Source of the DNA: Candidatus Hydrogenedentota bacterium
GTDB lineage: Bacteria; Hydrogenedentota; Hydrogenedentia; Hydrogenedentales; SLHB01
Direction: 5' to 3'
Assembly: GCA_963745075.1 (NCBI GenBank)
Contig: CAVUWV010000001.1
Span: 64,001-128,000, forward strand
Length of the DNA: 64,000 bases
The notes below the pieces were generated by a model. It was not told the origin of the DNA. It saw only the letters and a program-made list of their open reading frames with translations, and searched no databases. How positions within the stretch are numbered: position 1 is the stretch's first letter; each line of letters starts with the position of its first letter. A program made the translations under genes and the position numbers. Of this stretch, positions 10,124 to 19,824 are shown one piece after another.

Positions 10124-13100
10124 ATGTATTCACTTCTTCGTATCGCATCGCGCATAGGGGTTGGTGCGGCGATTGTGGTCATGATTCTGACATTGCCGGC
10201 ACACGCGGTGGATGATTTTGTATGGGCTCGATCCGTCGGCGGAAGCGCCGACGATACCGGGGTTGACGTCGCGGTTGATGCCGAGGGTAACGCATACATT
10301 GCGGGCACTTTTTCCGGAACCGCTGATTTCGACCCGGGCCCTGGAGGTTACAATCTAGCAAGCGCCGGCGGCAAGGACGGATTTATAGTGAAACTCGATC
10401 GCAACGGAGACTTTGTCTGGGCGCGTTCGTTTGGCGGGAATTCTGCCGCGGTGACTAGTTATGCGGTTACGCTCGACGCGGTGGGAGGGGTGTATGTTGC
10501 AGGTTATTATGGTGGGACCGTGGACTTCGACCCAGGTTTCGGTTCCGCCAGTCGGACGAGTGCGAACCTCGAGGACCTTTTCGTACTGAAGGTGGATGTC
10601 GATGGAGACTTTTCGTGGGTCGTGACCAGCAGTGGCGGTGCGCTTTTTGACTCGGTCTTCGACGCGGCTGCAGATCCGGCAGGAAATGTCTATGTGGCGG
10701 GCGCGTTTGAAGGTACGGTCGATCTCGACCCAGGCCCCGCAACGCTTAATCTCACAAGTGCCGGCAGCACCGATGCGTTCATTCTCGCTCTCGATGGCAG
10801 TGGTTCCCTACTGTGGGCCAGGCAGCTCTCGGGACCACAGCGTAACTTTTGTTCCGGTATAGCGCTCGATCTGTCCGGCAATGTGTACTGCACGGGAGAA
10901 TTCTACAGCACGGTTGACTACGACCCCGGTGCAGGTATTTTCAATCTCACCAGCAACGGGCTCAACGATATTTTCGTTTTGAAGCTGGACTCCGCTGGGA
11001 TTTTCGCGTGGGCGAAAAACATGGGTGGTCCATTCGATGATAATGGGTTTGCCATTGCCGTCGATGGCGGCGGCAACGTCTACGCGACAGGTGGGTTTCA
11101 AGGTACGGTCGATTTCGATCCAAGCTTCCTCACGTTCGACCTAACCAGCAACGGTAGTAGAGATATCTTTGTACTTCGAATGGATTCTGCCGGCAACCTT
11201 TTTTGGGCCGTCAGCATGGGGGCCTTGAGCACAGACTTTGGATTGGGAATCGCCGCCGATAGTGAGAGAAACGTGTATACGACCGGCTATTTTCAATCGA
11301 ACACCGACTTTGACCCGGGGCCTGGCGTCTTCAATCTTGTCAGCGGAGGGGGACAAGATACGTTTATCCAGAAATTGAACGCAACGGGAGATTTCATCTG
11401 GGCCAGAAGTTTTTCAAGTGTGGATGAGGACGGACGAGGACGGAGTGTATTTGTTGATAGCCACGATAACGTATTCGTCGGAGGGGTTTTTGGGGATACG
11501 GCCGATTTTGACGTGGGTTCAGATACGTGGCAATTGACCAGTCAAGGTGGAACCGATGCCTATGTGGTCAAACTGGGAACCGTATCCGACCTCTCCATTA
11601 TGAAAAGTTCGCAGCCCAATCCTGTAGTGGCGGGAGCGATTGAGTACTACCAGATCGACGTTGACAATGCGGGCCCCAGCGACACCACCGCAGTGATTTA
11701 TGATGTCCTTCCAGAACAGGTGCAGTTCCTGGTGGACGATGGGCAACCGAACTGTACGCAGCCGGCGAATTTGCTTGGGTTACGCGCGTCCTTGGCGGGC
11801 GCGAACGAGGTGCCGCCCGCAATGCCTCCCAGCACGTCGACGGGAACGGCGACCTTTGTTCTTGATACGACGACCAACGAACTTATGTACACGATCGAGG
11901 TTTTGGATGTTACCGATCAAATCGTTTCGGCGCATATTCATACCGGTTCCGCGGGAGTCAGTGGCCCGATCGCGGTTTTGCTGTATCACGGCACGACTGA
12001 AATCACGGCGATTAGGCCCTTTGTAGGGAAGGTCCTATTGATACCGACCGACGCCGCAGCCATTCTGGCTGACCCCGCCGGTTTCTATGTAAACGTTCAC
12101 ACGGTCGGCTACCCTTCGGGCCTCATGCGCGGACAACTTGGCGTAACGCAAAACACGCCCATTCGCTGCGAAGTGAGTGAAATTCCAGCCGGGGATTTTG
12201 ACAGCCTTGTCTTGACGACGCTGGTCGCTCCGAATACGCCGGCGTTGTCTGTGCTCACGAACCTTGCCTTCGTCGTGGGTGCCAATGAAGAGCAACCCGG
12301 TGCATTGTGGGATAACGTTGCCAGCGCCGGATCCGCCGTGCAAGCTGCAGCGGATCTTCGCGTGACCCAAGTCAGTGCCAAGAGCACGAATGTTCAAGCG
12401 GGGGACGTGTTTACCTACAGCGTTTTCGTAGACAATCTGGGGCCCAGCTTTGCGCCTGGCGTGGCGCTTGATGTCGTCCTGCAATCGACGGGAGCCTTCG
12501 ACCTCATCGATGTGTCGTCGGACCGAGACATGAATATCACGGAAACGCCCGGCGGCGGACCTCTCGCGGTTGCCGGTTCGCCGCTTCCGCCCGGGGCGCC
12601 GCCTGCGCCATTCGGTGTGAACCCGCCAACGGGGGTGGCCAATGTCTATCAGCGACTGGATCTCAGCTGCAACTTGACCGGAGGCGACGACGCGCTTGTC
12701 CCCGATGCGTTAGGCGTGCTCGAAAGCGGAGTGCCTGCCGCGGCGGGCCGCTGGTCCTTGATTCTTCGGGCGCGCGCCCGAGAGGCGCAGACGATCAATA
12801 GCGTGGTAACGGTGCTTAGTGACGTTCCGGACCTCAACAGTGGCAACAACGACGCTGTTGACATCGTATCGGTACAGAATACGGCGGATTTGGCGATTAC
12901 AAAGACTGCTACTCCCGGGTCGGTTAATCCGGGAGACGAGATCACGTACTCAATGTCGGTGAATAACTTGGGGCCTTCAGCGGCATACCAGGTGGAGATT
13001 CGCGATGCGCTTCCGGCGGAAGTGGAGGTGCTGAACGTCACGGGTGTATTGCCGGGTGGCGGCGCGGCGGGTAGCATTCCCGGTACGCCCGGCAACCCGC

Positions 13101-13729
13101 TGGCTCCTGCGACGTGTTTTGTGGGGACTCTTGGGATTGGACAGACCGGTAGCATGACGATTGTGGCGCGTGCGCGAGGCGATATCGCACTCGATCCGTT
13201 GACGGGCGACCGCGTAATACACAACGGAGCGCGGGTCTGGAGTGCCACCTTCGATCCGGTGAACTCAAATAACGTGGCTTCCGCTTCTACAACGATCGCG
13301 TGTGCAGATCCCGATAGCCCAACGAATCTCGCGGCCACGGACGGATCCCAATTCCATTCGGTTATCCTCACATGGGATTCGGTGCCGGGCGCTGCAGGGT
13401 ATACCGTGTATCGCAGTGCCATTGACAATTTCGCCACCGCGCAGCGCCTGGCCACTGTGGTCGAGCCACCATATGTTGATCTCGAGCCGTACGAGACGCC
13501 AAGCTTCTTGAACTGTAATCACGGTAAGAAGACGTTCACGTACTGGGTCAGCACGGTCAACAGCTGCGGCGAAAGCCTGCCCAGCGAGCCGGACATGGGA
13601 CACGAGAATCCTGCGAAGTTGGCCTCCTTGGTGCCTCAACTCAGTCAGGCGGGAGATATCGCGATCCTTCTTGCATTATTGACGCTAACCACGTGGCGAT
13701 ACTTCCGCAAGAAGGAACAAAATCAATAG
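10124..13729 (+). CDS. large surface protein: SBBP beta-propeller repeats, DUF11 repeats, CHRD domain, FN3-like domain, C-terminal membrane anchor
   Basis: Signal peptide; repeats of AVDxxGNVYxxGxFxGTxDFDPG; DLSIxK..VxNxGPSxA; LAGANEVPP..AHIH..YVNVHT..MRGQL; hydrophobic tail plus RKK. Confidence 0.85.
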   Translation: MYSLLRIASRIGVGAAIVVMILTLPAHAVDDFVWARSVGGSADDTGVDVAVDAEGNAYIAGTFSGTADFDPGPGGYNLASAGGKDGFIVKLDRNGDFVWARSFGGNSAAVTSYAVTLDAVGGVYVAGYYGGTVDFDPGFGSASRTSANLEDLFVLKVDVDGDFSWVVTSSGGALFDSVFDAAADPAGNVYVAGAFEGTVDLDPGPATLNLTSAGSTDAFILALDGSGSLLWARQLSGPQRNFCSGIALDLSGNVYCTGEFYSTVDYDPGAGIFNLTSNGLNDIFVLKLDSAGIFAWAKNMGGPFDDNGFAIAVDGGGNVYATGGFQGTVDFDPSFLTFDLTSNGSRDIFVLRMDSAGNLFWAVSMGALSTDFGLGIAADSERNVYTTGYFQSNTDFDPGPGVFNLVSGGGQDTFIQKLNATGDFIWARSFSSVDEDGRGRSVFVDSHDNVFVGGVFGDTADFDVGSDTWQLTSQGGTDAYVVKLGTVSDLSIMKSSQPNPVVAGAIEYYQIDVDNAGPSDTTAVIYDVLPEQVQFLVDDGQPNCTQPANLLGLRASLAGANEVPPAMPPSTSTGTATFVLDTTTNELMYTIEVLDVTDQIVSAHIHTGSAGVSGPIAVLLYHGTTEITAIRPFVGKVLLIPTDAAAILADPAGFYVNVHTVGYPSGLMRGQLGVTQNTPIRCEVSEIPAGDFDSLVLTTLVAPNTPALSVLTNLAFVVGANEEQPGALWDNVASAGSAVQAAADLRVTQVSAKSTNVQAGDVFTYSVFVDNLGPSFAPGVALDVVLQSTGAFDLIDVSSDRDMNITETPGGGPLAVAGSPLPPGAPPAPFGVNPPTGVANVYQRLDLSCNLTGGDDALVPDALGVLESGVPAAAGRWSLILRARAREAQTINSVVTVLSDVPDLNSGNNDAVDIVSVQNTADLAITKTATPGSVNPGDEITYSMSVNNLGPSAAYQVEIRDALPAEVEVLNVTGVLPGGGAAGSIPGTPGNPLAPATCFVGTLGIGQTGSMTIVARARGDIALDPLTGDRVIHNGARVWSATFDPVNSNNVASASTTIACADPDSPTNLAATDGSQFHSVILTWDSVPGAAGYTVYRSAIDNFATAQRLATVVEPPYVDLEPYETPSFLNCNHGKKTFTYWVSTVNSCGESLPSEPDMGHENPAKLASLVPQLSQAGDIAILLALLTLTTWRYFRKKEQNQ

Positions 13730-13901
13730 CTGCGAGTGTGAACAGAGCTCTGTAGCTACGAGGCGGGAGTGGCGCTTGTTACCAAGGCAAAATTGGCAAT
13801 GCGTCACTTCCGCCATCGGAGCGGTCGGTCGGCCGGAGGATTTGAAGGCGGTTACCACGACCGGATTGCAGAGCCCATTTACGACACGTTTCCGGCCGAA
13901 C

Positions 13902-14142
13902 CTGTCCTTGCGGAAAATCCGTCCGGCGCGCCTTGTTCCTTGCGCTAAGCAGAACACCATGGTGACGAAGTGCAGGAAATCAGGTTCGGCGGATTGTCTA
14001 TCGGAATGAGGTGCGAGGAATGGAGTCACGTCACGCTTATTGGCTATGCGGCGTGGTGTTCGTACCTGTGGTGAAACCCACCGACTTGGGGGAGCGAAAC
14101 GACCTCGCCCACGTCAGCCGTTTGAATCGGACAGATGTCCAG
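13902..14142 (-). mobile_element. second, partial copy of the end of the IS at 977-2359
   Basis: First 26 bp identical to 977-1002; similarity continues with one internal deletion to about 14142, including the transposase C-terminal codons. Confidence 0.8.
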
Positions 14143-14340
14143 GTTGTCTATAGCCAGCGGAAGTTGAGTTTACACGAAGGGCGGGGTGGCTTCGAAAAGT
14201 GTGGCACTTTGTGTGCCACATTTTTTGAAGAACATGTGCACCATGGCGTACCATGTGGTGCAGAGTTGAAAAACGCTAAGTGGTTGGCGCTGCGCTAATT
14301 GCTTGGAATGCAGCGGGTTACACGGAATCGCAGTTCCGGC

Positions 14341-14382
14341 CTCATAACCCAAAGGTCGCAGGTTCGAATCCTGCCCCCGCTA
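14341..14382 (+). repeat. att-like site: 3' half of tRNA-fMet(CAT), copy 1 (not a complete tRNA)
   Basis: ctcataacccaaaggtcgcaggttcgaatcctgcccccgcta covers anticodon loop, T-arm and 3' acceptor strand; no 5' half; identical to 19643-19684. Confidence 0.9.
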
Positions 14383-14574
14383 ATTCTGCGGGAGTTGGGT
14401 AGGCAGAAGGGGATCGAGTTGGTGGAAGGCATTGCGGCATCCGATCATATCCGCATGCTGCTGCGAGTGTCGCCCAAGTACAACGTAGCGATGACGGTGG
14501 TGTATCTGAAAGGTAGCAGTGCGATTCGAATTCACCGGGAATTGACAAGGACAAGAGGGACGTTGTCTGGTTAA
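14383..14574 (+). pseudogene. tnpA: IS200/IS605 TnpA (Y1 transposase) internal fragment
   Basis: ILRELGRQKGIELVEG..DHIRMLLRVSPKYNVAMTVVYLKGSSAIRIHRE; HUH motif degraded to HIR; no N- or C-terminus. Confidence 0.8.
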
Positions 14575-14593
14575 ATGAGGAAGAAAGGTCCAA

Positions 14594-15484
14594 ATGAATT
14601 CATATTGTCTCCATCACACACGTACGTCCATCGCAGTCGCGACGTGTATGTTACTGGCCGGAGGGGCCGGAATACTGTGCGGCGGCCATCCGGGGATTGA
14701 ATATGGCTGGACTGCACCGGTAGGCGTATTGCTCGTCGTCGGCTGTCTCCTTGTTGTCATCTGGCCAAAACTACCTAGATTGTTCGTCTATACCGACGGA
14801 TTCGTAGTGCGTGGGTTTCTTGAGGGCGGGAAACGTAAATACGATTGGCAAACAGTGCAGGGAGTCAAGACTCGGGGACAATTGACAACGGCGGGCTTCA
14901 TCGTACTTACGACGGAGGGCCGCGTGCGTATACGAGGAAGTCTTTCGGGCGTCACAGAATTATACAGAGTATTTAAGAAGATGGCGTCCGATTCAGAGCA
15001 TTCTTCTCTGAACTTAACGAAGGCTTATTGTGAGGGTGGCGAGACTATTGTACTACGAAAGAATTGGCAAATGGGTATTGGTCCCGCCATTGTTTTCGCA
15101 ACCTCCGGTTGGTTCTTAATAATTGTGGATAAAAGTACTTCCGCCAACGCGTGGTTTTTGTACATTTTGCTTGGGGCGGGGTTGGCAGGGGGTGCAATAA
15201 ATAGCCTCCAAGTTCTTGTCAGTCCTTTTACAATCCGTCTTACCGGTACAAAGCTAATGATTGTTGGAATCGCTCGTCGAAAAGAGTGGGATTTGGGGCA
15301 AATTACGAGCATGGGTGTCCTCAGGCCTTCTGACTCAGAGCAGCTGCAAATATGTACCGATACTGGTGAGACGGTGAAGATACGGCTCAAAGATCTTTTT
15401 GGTTACCCCGTCTTTGACCGCGCGTTTTGCTCTATCTATTATCGATGGGAGATGTGTCGAGATCGACAGATTACGGGCAATTAG
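14594..15484 (+). CDS. hypothetical membrane protein, two (TM-TM-soluble) modules
   Basis: 296-aa ORF; four hydrophobic helices; visibly more AT-rich than its flanks. Confidence 0.6.
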   Translation: MNSYCLHHTRTSIAVATCMLLAGGAGILCGGHPGIEYGWTAPVGVLLVVGCLLVVIWPKLPRLFVYTDGFVVRGFLEGGKRKYDWQTVQGVKTRGQLTTAGFIVLTTEGRVRIRGSLSGVTELYRVFKKMASDSEHSSLNLTKAYCEGGETIVLRKNWQMGIGPAIVFATSGWFLIIVDKSTSANAWFLYILLGAGLAGGAINSLQVLVSPFTIRLTGTKLMIVGIARRKEWDLGQITSMGVLRPSDSEQLQICTDTGETVKIRLKDLFGYPVFDRAFCSIYYRWEMCRDRQITGN

Positions 15485-15516
15485 GCAATTGGGGGGACAC
15501 GATACTTGATTCTCAG

Positions 15517-15920
15517 AGCGCTACGACGGGTGGACCCACAACCTGAACATGCACTTGGTTACCTCGACGCCGGTATCTGGGCGGCCGACCACGGTCGTCG
15601 CGTATGACGAGACGGGAACCGAGCGCACGTACACGTACAACTCGACCGGCGGCGGGAATTACTACTATCTCCGAGCCAATGGCACGTCGGCCGAGCGCGG
15701 CACGCTGTTGACCTTGGAAGGTGCTACGGGCGAGTATTTCCTGACCTTGCCCGGCGGGCGGGAATACCACTTCTCCGCTGCAACGGCCGATGCGTACCGG
15801 TTCGCGAGGCTGGTGGCCATTGCCGACCGGAACGGAAACGAGTTGACGCTGGCGTACGACGGCGCTGTGGGCACGGGCAAACTAACGAAGGCCTCGCCGC
15901 CCGCCGGTGACGCCCGCTAA
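15517..15920 (+). pseudogene. Rhs/YD-repeat protein fragment (DUF6531-like region)
   Basis: Frame reads YDGWTHNLNMHL..LTLPGGREYHF..RLVAIADRNGNELTLAYD; truncated at both ends. Confidence 0.65.
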
Positions 15921-17657
15921 CTCGACTCCGTGATCTTCAAAGTGGATAGGAAGCACACCAATGAAGGTGTTAAGCGAGTCCCCGTCTATCCATTTGAGCA
16001 AGGCTGTGATCTCGTGCGCTTGCCACTCCGAGGCCACTTCTAGAACACCAGCTAGCGCTGTGCCTCCAGTCTGCGCGCGAACCTGACCATAGGCACGGCA
16101 CGCAACAGCCCCAAATTCTGGATGAACGATAGCCTTGGCAACATATGGACCCGAGACTGGTTCTCCGTGCAGATCGATTTCTTCAACTTTGAACGTAAAT
16201 CCAAAGTGACCTTTGCCCAATGGTTGCACGATACGATAGCGTCGGCTATTTAATTCTCGGATCGTCGCCTCATCCCAGTATTCAGGTGCCAATGGTTGTT
16301 CGGTAGCCTCCTGGGTGGATCCAGTCACTGGCCCTACCAACTCCTCCTGAAGCAGAGTGGCTAATTGCGCCGCTTCCGGCCGATCTTGAGGTTTCTCTGA
16401 CTGGCCGCGTGCGAGCACCCGCTTGGAAGAATCTGCAATCGGGTCGTTGTGCTCCCCAAATATTTGTTTTAAGACCGACGTGAGCGCATATACGTCCGAT
16501 TTTGTGGACGCAAGATCCAGACCCCCGGCGACTAATTCAGGAGCTATCCACTCGGCGACCTCGGTTGGTGGGGCTGCTCCGGCAACCGTGTCCGTTCCGG
16601 GGATTCGCGCGAACTCGAAGCCCGTGAAGACTGGCCTATTATCGCTTCGGACGAGGACCGTCTCCGGCGAAATCCGTCGATGCAACACGGCAGATTCAAG
16701 AGCCTGATGCACTTCGGCCAGTTGCGCCAGGCAAGCTTGCGCAAATGCAGCGCGATCCGCAGTTGACCAATTGGTATCAAGTACTTTCTTCGCCAAAGGC
16801 ACCGCTACCGGTTCAGAGTATGAGAAGTAATACATTTCACCGGTAAAGCCTGGTACGGGTTGAAAAGTCTCCATCATGGCGGGAATGCATTCTAGCTTTT
16901 GCAGCCGCCGTACGGCTTCATACTCACGAGTTGCGACGTTCAGTGCTTCGGGTTCGCTTGCCGCAGACAGATCGTAAATGTGCAAGATCACGCGATCACC
17001 CGTAGTTGACCTGCGTGCGCGGTAAGTTCTTCGCCAGGCCAAAACGCTGGTGCCAGCTGATTCACACTCGAGATAATCCCCAAAGCTTGTCATGCGGGGG
17101 TGCGACGCACGGGGGATTACGGCATTGAGCGCCTTCAGAACAGTGGCAATTTCGCCATCACTAAGGCACCTCGCCTTTTGACAACCAAGCAATTCCTGCC
17201 ACTCTCCGATGCCGTAAGCAGGAACTCCTGAAAGTGAGGTAACGGTCGAAGCACCTGAGAATCGTTCCCGCTCCGCACCGGTAAGCAAGAGCTTCGCGGG
17301 GATGAACAGGTTCTGTACCATCGGAATGCTCTTCAGACGAGATTTTAGGATTTGCGCCTTTCTTTGCGCTTTTAATGCCTCGGCCCGCACACCATCGGAG
17401 TTCGCCACTGACTCCACATATCGGCGATCCCAATGTTTTACTTCAACGACGACAATTCCGGAAGAACCGATGGCGAGAATGTCAATCTCATAGGGCATGC
17501 GAGCCCCTGCCTGGAAGGAGATACATAGATTGGTGAGAAGGACCCACGTCCCTGCGGTTTCATCTCCAATGAGGCGTTGGCGAAGGTATTCGAGTGCGCG
17601 CCGCTCACTTTCGTTCGCGAACGGAGCGCAAGGAACATGGGTTACGCGTTGTGACAT
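15882..17657 (-). pseudogene. PglW-like NERD nuclease-kinase protein, C-terminally truncated
   Basis: NERD motif EIDIL..VVEVKHW; degenerate kinase (HRRISPETVLV, GFEFAR, WIAPEL, SDVYAL); second kinase starts (LGKGHFGFTFK, YVAK) and breaks off at the Rhs junction ~15920. Confidence 0.75.
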
Positions 17658-17756
17658 CGTTCCACCTTCCGCTTGCACGTGGCCACGGATATCTTAACAG
17701 TCGACTTGTCCCGTCAAATCATCTTCAGTGGCTTACGGCAATTGCTGATGCCGCAC

Positions 17757-17939
17757 CTACCGACTTTGGTCTTCGCGCTTTTCACTCTGCACATACTTTT
17801 CCGCAGCCTCCCTCACTACCCACGCGAGTGAGACCTTCTTCCTTTTGGCAATGCGTTCTAATGCCCGGTAGAGTTCCGCAGGAAAGCCAATAGAGGCCCG
17901 CACTAGCGCGCCCTTTCTCTTCGATTCGACCCTCTTCAT
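17757..17939 (-). CDS. ribbon-helix-helix (CopG-like) transcriptional regulator
   Basis: RASIGFPAELYRALERIAKRKKVSLAWVVREAAEKY; GGAGAGG RBS. Confidence 0.8.
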   Translation of the reverse strand: MKRVESKRKGALVRASIGFPAELYRALERIAKRKKVSLAWVVREAAEKYVQSEKREDQSR

Positions 17940-17954
17940 AATACCTCTCCCTGC

Positions 17955-17994
17955 GGTGATCACCACATTACACCGAATTGGTGCGCATCGGCAA
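17955..17994 (-). promoter_or_regulatory. putative sigma70 promoter overlapped by palindromic operators
   Basis: Minus strand TTGCCG-N16-TGTAAT; palindromes GGTGATCACC (17955-17964) and CACC-N5-GGTG (17971-17983). Confidence 0.4.
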
Positions 17995-18258
17995 GATTTC
18001 GCCGTACAGTATCGTGGCAGTCTAGCGGGAATAACAGGTCCCTAGCTGGAAAGCCCTTACTCTTGAGCAAACGGTACGGGGAAGCCGCTCACCAAAGAGC
18101 GGCCGGTTCCAGATTAAGGCGGTATGCTCGTCGGGAACAAGCATGGCGTCGATTAGAAGTGCGAGGGTATGGCGGGACCACACGGGCGGGACCGGGTGGA
18201 ACTGAACTGCGTCATAATTTCGCATACAGGGAGCGATTCTATACGGAGGAATCGACAA

Positions 18259-19431
18259 GTGAAGACCAAAGAATGGCGAATGCCCCGTCAAGATTTCTAC
18301 GAGCTGCTATGGAGCAAGCCCTTGAAGGTATTGGAAAGGGAGCTTGGGATTTGGTACGGCCAGATGCTGGGGATAATTCGAGACTACAAGATTCCTCAAC
18401 CGCCGATGGGATACTGGATGAAGGTCCAACATGGAAAGTCAGTTCGCAAGCCGCCATTGAAACCACTTCCGGGCAAAGAGGAAATCGTACTGAACCTTTA
18501 CGTCCCGGATGAACGTCCGTACGACGAGCAGCAAAGGCAGCAAGCGGAGGACTTGCTCGCAAATGAATTGAGCCCAGAAAAACGCATCGTCGTGCCCAAT
18601 GAGTTGACGGACGCTCATCCATTGGTTGTGAGGGCGGAACGGAGCCTTCGAAATGCGAGTACCAACGAGCGACACCTTCTAGTTCCGTCCGCACAGAACT
18701 GCCTTGATATTCGTGTGTCGAAGGAAGCTTTGCCTCGTGCGTTGCGAATCATGGATGCACTGATCAAAGCGCTTGTAGCCCGAGATATTGCCGTTGAACT
18801 TACTGGGGAGCGAGACATTCCAACACGCGTCATCGTCTTGGGAGAGGCATTTGGGATAGGTCTTGAGGAAAAGGTGGATCGGCGGGAAAAGGAACTAACG
18901 CCGCAACAAAAGAAAGAGAAGGAGCGGCACTCATGGATGTACAGTCGGCAAGAATTCACGTACCATCCAAATGGTCAGTTTGTACTCAGCATCAAAGAAG
19001 GGCGGACAAGCTACGGTCGCCAGAACTGGTCGGATGGAAAAGTGCAACGGGTCGAAAACCTTCTAAACAAGTTTGTCTGCGCGTTGTACCGTTCTGCGGT
19101 CACCGCTCGTTCGGACCGGATGCAGCGCGAGATCGACGAAGCGAAGCGACTGGAGAAACAGCGGAGGAATGAAGAACTGCGGCGACTGCAGCAGATTGAA
19201 CGCGCACGACTCGAGAACCTGGAGAAGCACGCCGAATCGTGGAAGCGCAGCCAAACGATCAGAGCGTATATTGCCGCCGTTCAGGAACGGGCTGAGAAGG
19301 AGAAGTTCGCGCACGGAGACCTTCCGGTGACAGAATGGATAGACTGGGCGCTCCAACAGGCTGATCGCCTTGACCCACTCTGCGTGAGCCCTTACTCCGT
19401 GCTTGACGAGAAGGTAGACTCGTGGTGGTGA
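18259..19431 (+). CDS. hypothetical mobile-element-associated protein (N-terminal HTH-like region, C-terminal coiled coil)
   Basis: GGAGGA RBS with GTG; RQDFYELLWSKPL..IPQPPMGYWMK and WIDWALQQADRLDPL resemble a family I recall at island ends. Confidence 0.7.
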   Translation: MKTKEWRMPRQDFYELLWSKPLKVLERELGIWYGQMLGIIRDYKIPQPPMGYWMKVQHGKSVRKPPLKPLPGKEEIVLNLYVPDERPYDEQQRQQAEDLLANELSPEKRIVVPNELTDAHPLVVRAERSLRNASTNERHLLVPSAQNCLDIRVSKEALPRALRIMDALIKALVARDIAVELTGERDIPTRVIVLGEAFGIGLEEKVDRREKELTPQQKKEKERHSWMYSRQEFTYHPNGQFVLSIKEGRTSYGRQNWSDGKVQRVENLLNKFVCALYRSAVTARSDRMQREIDEAKRLEKQRRNEELRRLQQIERARLENLEKHAESWKRSQTIRAYIAAVQERAEKEKFAHGDLPVTEWIDWALQQADRLDPLCVSPYSVLDEKVDSWW

Positions 19432-19642
19432 TTGCACAACGCGACCCGAGTCTGCTTAGGGTCAAGAGCGACGTTGCGAACGAGATTTCCTGCCCCACAG
19501 GTGATACTCAATTTGATACTTACGAATTGACGACCATGGTGAAAATGGTTAAGATGGGAAGGTGGTGAGGAGCGAGCGTATCTCGCTCAGTTGTCGTAAG
19601 TTATAGATTTTGTAAGCACTTGCGGTGGCTTGGGTTAAGACT

Positions 19643-19687
19643 CTCATAACCCAAAGGTCGCAGGTTCGAATCCTGCCCCCGCTACCA
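19643..19687 (+). repeat. att-like site: 3' half of tRNA-fMet(CAT) with CCA, copy 2 (not a complete tRNA)
   Basis: 42 bp identical to 14341-14382, followed by CCA; no 5' half upstream. Confidence 0.9.
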
Positions 19688-19696
19688 TGTTGATAC

Positions 19697-19731
19697 AAAG
19701 GGGCTTGCAGCAATTGCAGGTCCCTTTTTTT
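19697..19731 (+). terminator. intrinsic terminator downstream of the tRNA fragment
   Basis: AAAGGGGCTTGCA-GCAAT-TGCAGGTCCCTTT hairpin with T7 tract. Confidence 0.7.
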
Positions 19732-19824
19732 GTGTTTTATGGATATTTTCGGGCCACTGTACCCTGATTTGTACCCCAGAATTTCGGGCCTGCAGGTTCC
19801 AGAACCATCGAAAGGGAATCTGCA

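Noticed and set aside
14300..14382. Intact tRNA-Met gene (also at 19600-19687)
   Set aside because: Only the anticodon loop to the 3' end is present; no D-arm or 5' acceptor strand
15882..19431. Complete BREX/Pgl system
   Set aside because: Only a truncated PglW-like gene is present; no PglX, PglY, PglZ or ATPase
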